DNA of 63,844 nt, the filler included, from Collodictyon triciliatum (taxonomy: Eukaryota), in the NCBI GenBank assembly GCA_043381765.1. It is 4 parts of 4 records of this genome, joined end to end, with 100 filler letters (N's around TTAATTAATTAA, not from the genome) between each part and the next. Parts side by side here need not be neighbours in the genome. Positions count along the whole stretch, not along the records: positions 1 to 15,900 come from JBHJMP010001627.1; positions 16,001 to 31,898 come from JBHJMP010001628.1; 2 more parts are not named here. One strand, 5' to 3'. This document shows positions 14,101 to 25,100 of the stretch, in pieces; position 1 is the stretch's first letter, and each line of letters starts with the position of its first letter. A model generated the notes under the pieces. That model ran no database searches, was not told where the DNA came from, and saw only the letters and a list, made by a program, of their open reading frames with translations. Position numbers and translations under genes: made by a program.

Positions 14101-15760
14101 CCGGAGCGACGGCAGAGAGGAACGAGAGCCAGGACAAGAGGACTTGGGAGTTGTTCCATATGAGGATGATGAAGCAAGAGGGATGGAGCAAGTGGGGCAA
14201 AAGCACGGAGGTCTGGCTTGAGGCGCAAAACTCCCACAAGGAAATGGGAGGCGTGCGGCCGACGAGCAACGGAGTCGGATGGACCGTAAAGATGCCGGTG
14301 TGCGGGGCAGAGGCGGCTGATTGGGATACAGCGGGGACGGCAGGAGAGAGAAGGGCCTTTGCAAAGTCTGTCTTGCCGGATTGCGGCGGGCCAAGCAGGA
14401 AGGCCCTTGCGCGAGGCAGCGGTTCGGAGCCTTGCAGGGTCTTGCGGAGGAAGCGGAGGAGTGGAGGGGCGCCGCGACGAGCCAAGCGGTGCAGGGACGA
14501 CGGGAGCGGGTTTCCGAGCAGGTTGATGTCTGTGAGGTTTGGGATGAAGGCCAAGGAAGGGGGCAGACTGGTGAGGCGGTTGTGTGCAAGGTCGAGGGCG
14601 GTGAGCGAGGTGAGCAGGCCGATGCTCGGGGGCAGGGAGGTGAGGCAGTTGTGGGCGAGATGGAGCGCGTGGCAGTGGATGCCGGCCATCAGCTGGACAG
14701 AGGGCTCCGGGAGGTGGGCGAGCCTGTATGCGCTCAGGTCGACGGCGCGCAGCTGCGGGCGGAAGGCGGCCCACACAAGCATGTGCGCGGCGCTGAGGGC
14801 GTTTCCGGAGAGGTCCAGGCGCTCGAGACGGGGCAGGGCGGCGAGGAGCGGGGTGACGCGGGTGAGGCGGTTTGCGCGGAGATGGATGCGGCGGAGGGCA
14901 GTCAGGCGGGCGATGTCGTCGGGGAGCAGCTCGAGGCGGTTGTGGGCGGCCGCCAGGAGGGAGAGGCGGGCCAGGCCCGAGAAGGAGGGGGGCAGCAGGG
15001 CGAGGCGGTTGCCGCCGGGCGGGTGCGCGTCGGCCGGGCAGTTTGCCACGTGCAGCTCGAGCAGCGCGTGCAGCTGGCCGATGGCGTCGGGCAGGGCCGT
15101 CAGGCGGTTGTGCGTCAGGTGCAGGCGCGTCAGCAGGCCGAGGCGCGCAATCTGCTCGGGCAGGCAGCTCAGGCGGTTGAAGGCGGCGTCCAGGACGCGC
15201 AGGCGGGCCAGGCTCTGGATGTGCGCCCCCTCCAGCCGGTCCAGCCGGTTGTGGCTGACAAGCAGCTCCGCCAGCGCGTCCAGCCGCCCCACCCCTGCGT
15301 CCAGCCGCGTCAGCCGGTTGTGCCGCACGTCCAGCCGCGTCAGCCTCTGCAGCACAGACAGCCCCGCAGGCAGCCCCGTCAGCCCCACCTCCCGCAGGTC
15401 CAGCTGCTCCACAAGCCCGTACTCCCCAGACTCCAGGCACAGCATCCGCCGCAGCGGCACACGCCCCGGTCCCGTCGCTTCGTCTCCCGTCGCTTCCTCT
15501 TCAAGTCCGGTGTTTTCGTGTCCGGTGTCTTCGGGTCCGGTGTCTTCGAGGCTGGTGTGATCGTCTCCGGTGTTTTCGTCTCGCGTGTTCTCTTCTCGCG
15601 TGTTCTCTTCTCGCGTGTTCTCTTCTCGCGTGTTCTCTCGGCTGCTTGGCGTCGGGGTGAATATGTGTCGGCCGTCTATCTTTGCTGTCCTCTCCGCCTG
15701 TGGGGTTCGCGGCTTTTCTGCGTGGCTCTCGTCCGCAGGGCTGCTGCTGGTCTGTCCCAT
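11199..15760 (-). CDS. Roco-family protein: LRRs, Roc, COR, Cys/His-rich region and C-terminal PH domain. Three exons (15760-11801, 11558-11478, 11336-11199), about 1392 aa
   Basis: Long run of LxxLxLxxNxLxxLP repeats; P-loop GPPQSGKT; COR-type motifs LRSMGDVLWI, LVCDP, FPSLLP and PFGFYPRL. The PH domain starts at KAGWLWKLSRSGWAKWQRRYFVL and is completed by two GT-AG spliced exons (FCFEIRL; VETLLQKNEWVRQL). Confidence 0.85.
15470..15640 (-). repeat. Coding 15-nt tandem repeat giving (R/G)xENT/EDT/EAT pentapeptides in the Roco N-terminus
   Basis: Plus strand tctcgcgtgttctct repeats, encoding RENTREENTREENTREENTRDENTG and then degenerating. Confidence 0.85.
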
Positions 15761-15900
15761 TCAGTTTCTGCCGGATTGTGCGGTCTCATAGATAAGTTGC
15801 TTGTTGTTTTGTTTTTGTTTTTGTTTTTGTTTTTGTTTTTGTTTTTGTTTTTGTTTTTGTTTTTGTTTTTGTTTTTGTTTTTGTTTTTGTTTTTGTTTTT

Positions 15901-16000
15901 NNNNNNNNNNNNNNNNNNNNNNNNNNNNNNNNNNNNNNNNNNNNTTAATTAATTAANNNNNNNNNNNNNNNNNNNNNNNNNNNNNNNNNNNNNNNNNNNN
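15901..16000. other. Artificial scaffold spacer (N44-TTAATTAATTAA-N44)
   Basis: 100-nt spacer with a palindromic six-frame stop linker at 15945-15956; identical copies occur at 31899 and 47880. Confidence 0.95.
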
Positions 16001-16062
16001 TATTGTCTTTTTTTTTATTGTCTTTTTTTTATTGTCTTTTTTTTATTGTCTTTTTTTTATTG

Positions 16063-16127
<65 letters not shown>

Positions 16128-16496
16128 TCTTTTTTTTATTGTCTTTTTTTTATTGTCTTTTTTTTATTGTCTTTTTTTTATTGTCTTTTTTTTATTGTCT
16201 TTTTTATTGTCTTTTTTACTTCTCTGATTTCCCGTACTTATGGGAATCGGCGAGTATTTTAGCAAACATAAGATAATAAAAGTACTGGTTATATATGGCT
16301 CGGGCACCCTCGCCGAGCCTGCCGAGCTTGTATCTTACCTGTCCTTTAGTCTTTATTATTCCATCTCCTTTTATTTTTATGATATCTTCAACTATATATT
16401 ATATAGATGAAGATACCACAGTTTTCCTTGTATTCTGATATCTTTTGCTTACACAAACTTGACGCAACAAAAAAAAAACTTTGCTATTTCTTGCAG

Positions 16497-18533
16497 ATGC
16501 GGACGATTGCATGGCTATCTCTGGTTTGTGTGCTCGCTATCTATATGCCACTTCTTCACACTCGGGCTGGCGGGGTCTTTGCGAAAGACACGGCTCAGAG
16601 TGGTTCGCAGGTTCTGTGGTTTACATACACACTTAACTCGAAAACGTTTCATCCCTTCCTATGAATAGAAGCACACCGAAGAAATCTCCTACCTTTTTGC
16701 CAGGGAAAGCTTTTTGTTCCTTATTGACTCTATTTGTATTATTTTTGCATTATTTTTTCTGATTTTTATTACATATATTCTTATTCATTTGTACGTTCGT
16801 AGCCCGCCCGACTCGTTGTTCTCAGCGACGACCAACTTGATGCACTGAATCGGGCATTGAAGGAACTATCAGTCGAGGAGGCTCTCGTATGGGCTCGACA
16901 AAATATCCCTGCACTTTGTCAAGTCAGTCGCGCATATAGACGAAACAATAATTGTGGCCATATGCTTGACGTATATCGCTTTTATCGTGTCGTTGTCTCG
17001 TTGGCTTACTAAGTCCAATTTGTAAATAAATAAGGTTACTTCGTTTGGCCCTAATGGACTTGTCATTTCGCATATGCTTCACAAGCTTGATATCAGACTT
17101 CCTGTTGTATTTATTGATACGCTTCATTTATTTCCAGAGAGTCAACGACACGCACTTGAGGCATCTAGGTTCAATATTCTTTCATTACATGTCAATTCGA
17201 TTATGTTCAATGATAGAGGAGGGAATAAAGCTTTGATTTAAAAATATTGCAAAAATATGCAAGCGACTCAGATGAAGAACTGAAATTTTAATGTTCAATA
17301 AATATCATACAGTTTCATTTTTTCAACCCATTGAGATTTTTATTCACCGAGCTAAAAAAAAAATCATGATAATATCGCTTCCGTAGATATTTTGATATTG
17401 AGGACTCCCTGCATGTGTACAAACCACTCGATGCTAACGATGCAGAAGAGTTTACTCGAAGATATGGAAAAGAACTGTGGATTCGTAACCCAGATGCGTA
17501 TGATTTTTATGCCAAGGTGATAGATATATCGACATCCGAATATGATATAAAAGGAATATATGATGAGTATGTGTAATAGATGAATATTGAATTATTTGTA
17601 CACTCAAGGTGGAGCCTCAACGCCGTGCATTGTATGAACTGAATGCCGTGGGTTGGATAACAGGGAGAAGAAGAGATCAGGTTGGTAAAGTACTCTAGTG
17701 ATTACATTTTCGTTTCCTGGGATATCGTGTCTCCATATTGTACATGCGCATGTCGGCAGAGAACTGAGCAACTTTATCGTACTTTCTCTTCAAGGGAGGC
17801 GAGCGACGCACAATGGAAATATTAGAATATGATAGTGAAGGCCTACTTACTATCAATCCTTTGGCGTACTGGGGCTATGACGATGTCTGGACTTACATTA
17901 GAAACTACGATGTTCCATATAACCCACTGCACGACCAAGGGTATTATCATTCCCTCTACAATTTTTGTCTTATTTCGGTACCCATTAAAAAAATTGATGT
18001 CCTATTAACAGTTCACTGAAAGAAAAACAAAACAAAAAAAGGTACAAGTCTATCGGAGATGCCCACTCCACTGTCCCTGTAAGCGGAACTGAAAATGAAA
18101 GGGCAGGAAGATGGAAGGGGTAAATATGCTACATCAACATAACATTATGTTTTCCTAATTTAATTATCATCCTTTTAATTTTTTTCGGTGTTTTTTTTAT
18201 ATGTTTGCTTTATTTTTCATGTCCATTTTGGGAACACTTTTCTAACTGCGTTGCGACCAAAATAAATGAATGTATGCGTATATGTAACCGTGGAGCCCAA
18301 AAAGAATGTAACTCATCTACCAACCTATGATGATTTACCCATTTCTTCCTCATAGAAAGGAGAAGACCGAGTGTGGTATTCACAAACGCCCAAAGTGGGT
18401 GACACACCGACCGAAAAGAAGCCCTGTCACAATAGATATCCCCTGCGGATGCCGCATACTCCCTCGCAATGAAACTTTATACAAAACACAACGAATGCAC
18501 GACCTTACTGGACGAGGGATTTTTCTTGCCTGA
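16497..18533 (+). CDS. MET16: Phosphoadenosine phosphosulfate (PAPS/APS) reductase, CysH/Met16 type without Fe-S cysteines; 8 exons
   Basis: Spliced peptides VTSFGPNGLVISHML, VVFIDTLHLFPE, LWIRNPDAYDFYAKVEPQRRAL, WITGRRRDQGGER, INPLAYW, YNPLHDQGYKSIGDAHST, ERAGRWKG and KTECGIH. Confidence 0.92.
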
Positions 18534-19128
18534 ACCGCTTTTCCTCTGGATTCGACTTCTTTTCTTTCTTTTTCTTTTTCTTTTTCCTTCTTTCTTGTTT
18601 GTTTTGTTTTTGTTTTGTTTTTTGTTTTTTGTTTTTTGTTTTTTGTTTTTTGTTTTTTGTTTTTTGTTTTTTGTTTTTTGTTTTTTGTTTTTTGTTTTTT
18701 GTTTTTTGTTTTTTATCACCTTTCATCGCCAGGCCAACCACCTCACCAGCTTTTTTACCTTGAGAAGTTTCTTTGGATTATTATTTTATTTTTATTTTTA
18801 TTTTTTTTTCATCACTCGTGTGCTTGGAGACATCAACTCCATAAACACCGCTGAAAGGCGCGTCGAATCGGCCTCGTTCTCGTCCACCCTTAAAATCTTT
18901 TTTCCTGTCTCGTTTCATTCCGAGGAATCGCACCAGATATAACAGCCAGCTATCCTCAGCCCTCGACAAATCTCCACAAATGGATTCCGTTACTTCTAAA
19001 CAAGATTTTTCCGCTCGAAAGCAAAACCAAAGGATCAGATCGAATCACGAATCCAAACGGACTCGCCCGATCAACCGACACTATCAAAAACAAGCGAGAC
19101 TAACGCAACCCCGCCCGAAGATAGCATC

Positions 19129-19979
19129 ATGCAAGTTGAATATATTGTTGAGTACAGCCAAGAAATCAAGCGCGTCCCACTGTCGTTCCTCTGGACGTAA
19201 GTAGCCCATCAAACCCACAATCTCTTTTTTCCCCAAGCGCTCATAATCAAACGAAACTTCTCCACCCCTACCAACTAACCAAACAAACAAACAAACAAAC
19301 AAACAAACAAACAAACAAACAAACAAACAAACAAACAAACAAACAAACAAACAAACAAACAAACAAACAAACAAACAAACGCCACCGAGACAGCCTTGTG
19401 AGCGACTTTGGCCCGGGCGGAACGTGGCGCTTCCTGCCCAACACGACGGCGTGCAGTATGGATTCGGACAAGGACAAGGACGGGGCAAACGGCAGCGGCA
19501 ATGGAGCAGACGACATTGTCCTTGAGTCTGAAGACAAAGGCAAACCGCCCGGAGAGGAAGAAGAGCCGGACGCAGACGCGGATGAATACGAAGGCGAAGA
19601 CGGGCGACCCAAAGAGCAGACGAATCAGCCAAAGAAACCTGCGCCCATTCCGCGCGTGACTAATGTTGGGGCTGTGCGTGTGCTCATGCACGCAGATGGA
19701 TCGCGGCAAGTGGAGCAGCTGGCGGAGTCGGAGTCACCTGAAAAGACGCCGTTCCACGCGCACACGGCATATGTTGTCACTGAGACACACGCAGGCATCC
19801 GCGGGGCAGAGCAGCTGCGCATCCGTGTGGATTTGGATCAGCGTGGGCCGAATGTTGCGCTCTCTGTGCGAGCCTCGTTTCGTGCCCAGCGCGGTGCAGA
19901 TGTTGATGCTATTGAGGATCAGCATCTGAAGCCAGCTTTTCAGGCGTATGTGTCGGGCGTGGCTTCGCTTTGCACATGA
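19129..19979 (+). CDS. SRPBCC/Bet v1-fold (polyketide cyclase/PYL-like) protein; exons 19129-19196 and 19394-19979, about 217 aa
   Basis: A GT-AG intron joins MQVEYIVEYSQEIKRVPLSFLWT to LVSDFGPGGTWRFLPNTTACS. VGAVRVLMHADGSRQVEQL and a C-terminal amphipathic helix (PAFQAYVSGVASL) follow, matching the SRPBCC pattern. Confidence 0.65.
19279..19380. repeat. (CAAA)n microsatellite inside the SRPBCC intron
   Basis: Perfect caaa tandem array. Confidence 0.95.
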
Positions 19980-20133
19980 ATTTTCTTCTTTTTCTTTTTC
20001 TTTTTATCATCAAATGCACCAAATGAAACGATAAATAGCATATCAAGAAACCTGCTAATCTGTCTTGTGATTGTTGGTGTTTTTTTTTTTATTAAAAAAA
20101 ATATATGTTGCATGTTTTGTTGAACTGATGAGT

Positions 20134-21242
20134 TTACTTTATGAGCATAGATGTTAGCTTAGTTTCCAGAAAGGCAGTTCGATCGTGCGCTTGGGTGAGC
20201 TGCTGCTCTTTGTGGAGGAGTTGCTCTTTCTGTTGGGCGATTGTCTCTTGCAGCTCTTGGATTTTGGATTGGTTGTCCTGTGTCACTCGTGCCAGGTAGC
20301 TGAGTCTGTCTTCACGGTCTCTGTTATTTGCAGGGGATGATGTGTTCAATCAGGCATCATGGAATGTGTTTGATGGTGCGGACATTTGAGAGTGTAAGGT
20401 GAAAAAGTCTCTGAAAAGAGGGGGGGAAACAAAAAGACACACTCGAGTGCTTTCTTGAGTTGCTGGGTTTCTTGGCGCGAGTGTCGCAGTTCGGCATCGT
20501 TCAGAGTCACCCGTTTCATCTCTGTTTGCATCCAGTGGCTGTGCAGGAAGGCGTTTATGCGACTCTTTAGCATTGTATCTGTACACGGGAGTGGGATGAC
20601 ATCGCTGGCTCCGTGTTCGAGGCATGTTGTGATGATTTCGATGTTCTGGAGGGGCACAATCACTGCATATTTTAAGAGCGTGGATTGAAAAACACGCTTG
20701 TGAAGCGCTGCAAATAGTAATACTGTGTCGAAATGCATCATCTCCGCACGAAAAAAAAAAAAGTAAAACACCCTTGTTTTATGCTGATATTGTGTGTAGT
20801 GGGAGGATTAGAGTGGGCGGTGGGGTATGGGAAGGAGGGATTGAGTGAGACTCAAGACTAACCGAGATGCGGGGCGTTCTTTTCTGGAAACTCGTCCACT
20901 ATCCAGTCCATAAAGTCGAAGGAGTGAACATCCCCGATTTTGAGAGGGGTAATCAGAATGTCGTAGTCTACCGTGCCTGTGGTAAAAGCGTCCCTCGCGA
21001 CTTCAAAGCTCTCTGCAAAAAAGGCTGAAGAAAAGAGTTTACTCTCGCGAGGGAAAAAAAAATAGCTTTTGATTCGCGCCCGCACAATGGAGGATATTTA
21101 GACTCGTACCGTTGTAGTCGAGCGACTTCAGACGAGTGAAAAGCTCGTACGTTTCTGTGTCTTCGCCGACGAGAACGATGCTCAGAAGTGACGGATCAAA
21201 CCGCCGATCGAATCGTGTTCTCGCTCTCTTTGGCTCCTCCAT
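20134..21242 (-). CDS. Pseudo-receiver (REC-like) domain plus coiled-coil protein, 4 exons
   Basis: Spliced sequence SIVLVGED...YNAFFAESFEVA...YDILITPLKIGDVHSFDF...PHLVIVP...CLEHGASDVIPLP...LKSRINAFL follows the CheY fold pattern. A Q/E/K-rich heptad tail follows. Intron phases are consistent. Confidence 0.7.
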
Positions 21243-22134
21243 CTTTACCTGAGTGATATAATAAACAATACAACCGCATGTAATAAGGAGCTAGTCGCAG
21301 AACCACATGCAGTATCAGCTAATTTTTATACTAAATTCATGCCGTTTATGCATCCAATTAGATTATTATTGTCCCCAAATCCTAATGACTATAAATTCCA
21401 TACTTATATAATATATCTGGATTCTGTAAGTAAAATATTTGTATAACATATATAAGTCAATAAACAGAAATTATTGCTAATATTGTCCATATTTGACCTC
21501 AATTCTGTTTCCTATTCCAAATCCTCCCTTTCCTGTTTTCCTCTGTGATACCTGTAGAAACTCTTCAGAAGCCAGCATGCCTTGTGACGTCATGGTTTAT
21601 CAAAGACCTTGCAATACACCCGGAAACAGAAGGTAATAATCACACAAGGAAATAGGGATGGAACTAGGATGCCATAATTGAACCCTGAAGACCGTCATAG
21701 TGACGCAAGATGACAACCCGATGCCACGCTTATGGGAGGCAGGTGCAACTGCGTAGGGTCAGCAGCCGGTTAATAAAGCGTGATTCAGGAAAACGGCACA
21801 GGATTCTGGGCTTCGGTAACATGTCGCGTTGGCAGCACCGGATGGGTTTTGCTTTGTATGAGGCCACCCATCTCTCAAGGCTGCCTGACTTTGTTATAGA
21901 CTTGCTGTTCTGAGGCCGAGAATTGATCGCTACATAAGTAATACACAACCTCTGTAATGTCCACACAATGAGTCTTTCCTAGCCATATCGTGCATTAGTT
22001 GCGCCATCTAAGAGTGTGTGTTAGATAACATGCGATTGTATCGATAAACTGACCCAGCGCAGTACAACTTAGGTAGTGTTATTGCACCCACAAGCGAATT
22101 CAAGCACTCTTAGCAGATTCCTCTCGTCTTATTC

Positions 22135-25100
22135 ATGAATCCACCCGACCAGATATCAAATCCTTTCAGTACATTTGGGTTGGCTGTGATGACCGGCTCG
22201 CAAAGTCTTCCGGATGGCCCAAGGTCTTTTCAGATGTGGTCAGACACAAACGCTCCACTACTCATCCCCCGGGCTGGTGTGAACCGATGTGTTGCATGCT
22301 CGACTACGCCCATTGACACATCTCAATCTTTTGGATCGACTCTTATTCTAGGGTTGTTGCATTCACAGAGTGTACTGAAAGCTGCTGCAAATCCCCCAAT
22401 TATTTATCCCTACCGATATCTGACCCAACATGCTCGACCTGTTTCCTCATATACAAACGCCCAGTCGAACACTCATGCAAATTCGCTCATGTATGACTCA
22501 TGTCTTGGTTTGGTGCCATTCCAGTCGTCCTTCGATACATTTGGAATGCCTTTTAAATCGTCCTCCCTCCAAAGTTTACCTGCCGAAAGTCCTTCCTGCC
22601 CTTTGAAGCATGTAAGTGATACAAATGCCCAACCTTTCTTGCGGGTGGCTTCTTCGTCTGGTGTACGCGATGAAGAAAGGCAGCAGAGTTGCAGTTACAG
22701 CGAATACGGTTACATGTCAAATATGGTACCCACCTCACCGCAAGAAGGACAGGCATTTCTGCTGAACTACACGGAACCTTACATATTGCAGGATTCGAAT
22801 GGCTATTGTGCCCTCGGGTTCCAGACGGCTCGCTCAGGTAGAATCCTTGAAAAAATCAGAGATGAGGCTGACCTTCCAACTCGACCTGGTGTGCATATCA
22901 GGTTGGTGCAGCTGTTTTCTTTTTCTTTTTCTTCTTCTTTTTTTTTTTTTTTTTGTTTTTTTTTTTTTTTTTTTTTTTTTTTTTGGATAGCTGTACATAC
23001 CTGCGATGAATATTTTCATGGTTAAATAATGCGCCAATAGAAAATATAAATGAGAATTTTATCAAATGTGGGATACTTCGGATTTTTTTTTCGGATTTCC
23101 AGCAAAATTGTGCTTCTTTTTTCTTTTTTAAAAGTGTCTAATGATATTCGAACCACATTGATTTTTTCTTTAATTCATACATACCCTTATATATAGCCCG
23201 ATGTTCGAAATCAAAGTGGATGGATTCGTCACTGTAAAAATCGGGGTTCAAATTAAGCACAAGAAACACCACTATACACTCACAGCGATGAGAGACGTTT
23301 TTGTTCTACCAAAAGGCTTCAGCCACCCAAACATAATGGTACCAATTGATTAATGTTGCCCTATGAAAATTATTTGAGATATTTTTTTCCTTTTATTACT
23401 TTGAGGTATAAAAATTGTTTTCTTCTATCTCAAACTGCAAAGTATCAATACTTTCAAGTAGAATTCACTCGGCATCACCTTTTATTTTTGTCTTTGTAAA
23501 GATGAACGAGGGGATATTGAGTGTCAAGTTCACTCAAGAGTATACCACATTTCATTTATGGGACGTAAATGAAAGGTTTTACATAGCCTTTCGTTCGTCT
23601 TCGTACGATTTTCTGAATAGAAAGTTGCATAAAATAAACGGTATCCGGCAAGAAAGGCTCAAGGTTATTGAATAAGTCAATATTTTTTTCCTTGTCGGGT
23701 TTTTATAAAAATCTAAGAAAATAATTTTGCGTCATTTAAATTCAGTGTGTGCGACTCTTTGTAATATAAACTCCTTATGATAATTAACAAAACTCTCGAA
23801 ACCTTGCACAAGAACTAAGATATTCATATTCTTTTATTCTTTATGCAAGAGGGTCTTACTAAAAATAAATTACACTACAATCCATAGAAATTGCTCGATT
23901 ATGAAATGCATTTCCGTTTAGAATGGAGGGACTTGGATGGACACCCTCGCGTAGCCATTTCAAACCAAGCAATTATCATATTGGCTCACAGGAAACATAT
24001 CACTCGACTCGGACTGACCCACTTACAGAGACAAAACTTTCATGAAATATTAAAAGCGAGCACCACTGGCTTGGTAAGGAAAGTTTATTCATATCCAAAT
24101 TCGGACCTAATCGCCGATAATTTATTCATATTCTCGAAGCACACATCAGCAAGATTCTAATATAAAAACGGGTTAAAATGTGGCAAAATAACCCGATACT
24201 AGCAGTATATCCTTTTACCGTGAGTATTCGTGAAGTATGTCTGAAACTACGTCGCTATACCCTAGGAAGCAGAGAATGCTGATTGAGCCTGTTTTGAATA
24301 TCCCGCTCGCACGCAGCGCACGGGCATTACCCACTAATATACATCTATATGTTTCTTTTCAAAAAAAAACTAATAAAAACACAATAATAAATTCGCTTAT
24401 CTAATACTCTGGCTAGCGAACCAAAGCCACCATCTCCACCATCCTGCACAAAATTGAAAGGACGAATAAAAAATAATAATAATAATCGCTTATCTAATGT
24501 TTTGACAATACCCCAGCAGACATCCCGCTGGTCGCACAATAGAACTAGCGTATAAATTCTGACATTCACTTTTTCTTTTTCTGCAATCTAACAAAGAGAC
24601 TAGCGAATGAAATCCCCTGCCTTTCTTAAACCTGAGATTGCTGACTTCAAATCACAGTCACATCACTTGTTTGAGTGTACTCGATCTTACCACATAGTAG
24701 TCTGCTCATAGCATGGAAGAAGGCGGATTATAGCAACCGCAACTTGATACCCTGTCTGGAAAACGACAGGAATACCCGATGATGTGTTTGATCTGAAGAT
24801 ACAAGATGAATGAATCTGATCAGTTGGAAAAAACAGCTTTAGGGTTAAAGGAACCGGCTTCTAAACCATCTCTTTTCTTTTTTTCTTTTTTTCTTTGTCG
24901 AAGGGATTTAGTAAAGGTGTTTTTTTTTTTTGCGACATGTCTGAAGGACTTAACAGAGTGCACACAAACCGAGGCGTAGTGGACGCGGTTCGGCGGGTAT
25001 TGCTTCCTTATAATGCAAAGACTCTTTCTTTGAGCCTAAATACTCAAGCAATTTTATTTATTTTTTTTTTTAAAAAAAAGTGAGCCTAAGCTTTCGAATA

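Noticed and set aside
13968..15952. Long overlapping ORFs (490, 516, 543 aa) on the Roco gene; similar ORFs at 49302-50220
   Set aside because: Shadow ORFs expected from extreme GC3 bias; no domain content.
15945..15956. Palindromic TTAATTAATTAA seen three times, as a regulatory or recombination site
   Set aside because: Always centred in exactly 100 nt of N; it is a synthetic linker.
21585..21592. TGACGTCA (CRE-like) palindrome, also near 37716
   Set aside because: Two copies of an 8-mer in 64 kb, with no consistent position relative to gene starts, is not evidence.
24385..24500. Short direct repeat AAT..CGCTTATCTAAT as a CRISPR-like array
   Set aside because: Only two short copies, no array and no cas genes, in a eukaryotic context.
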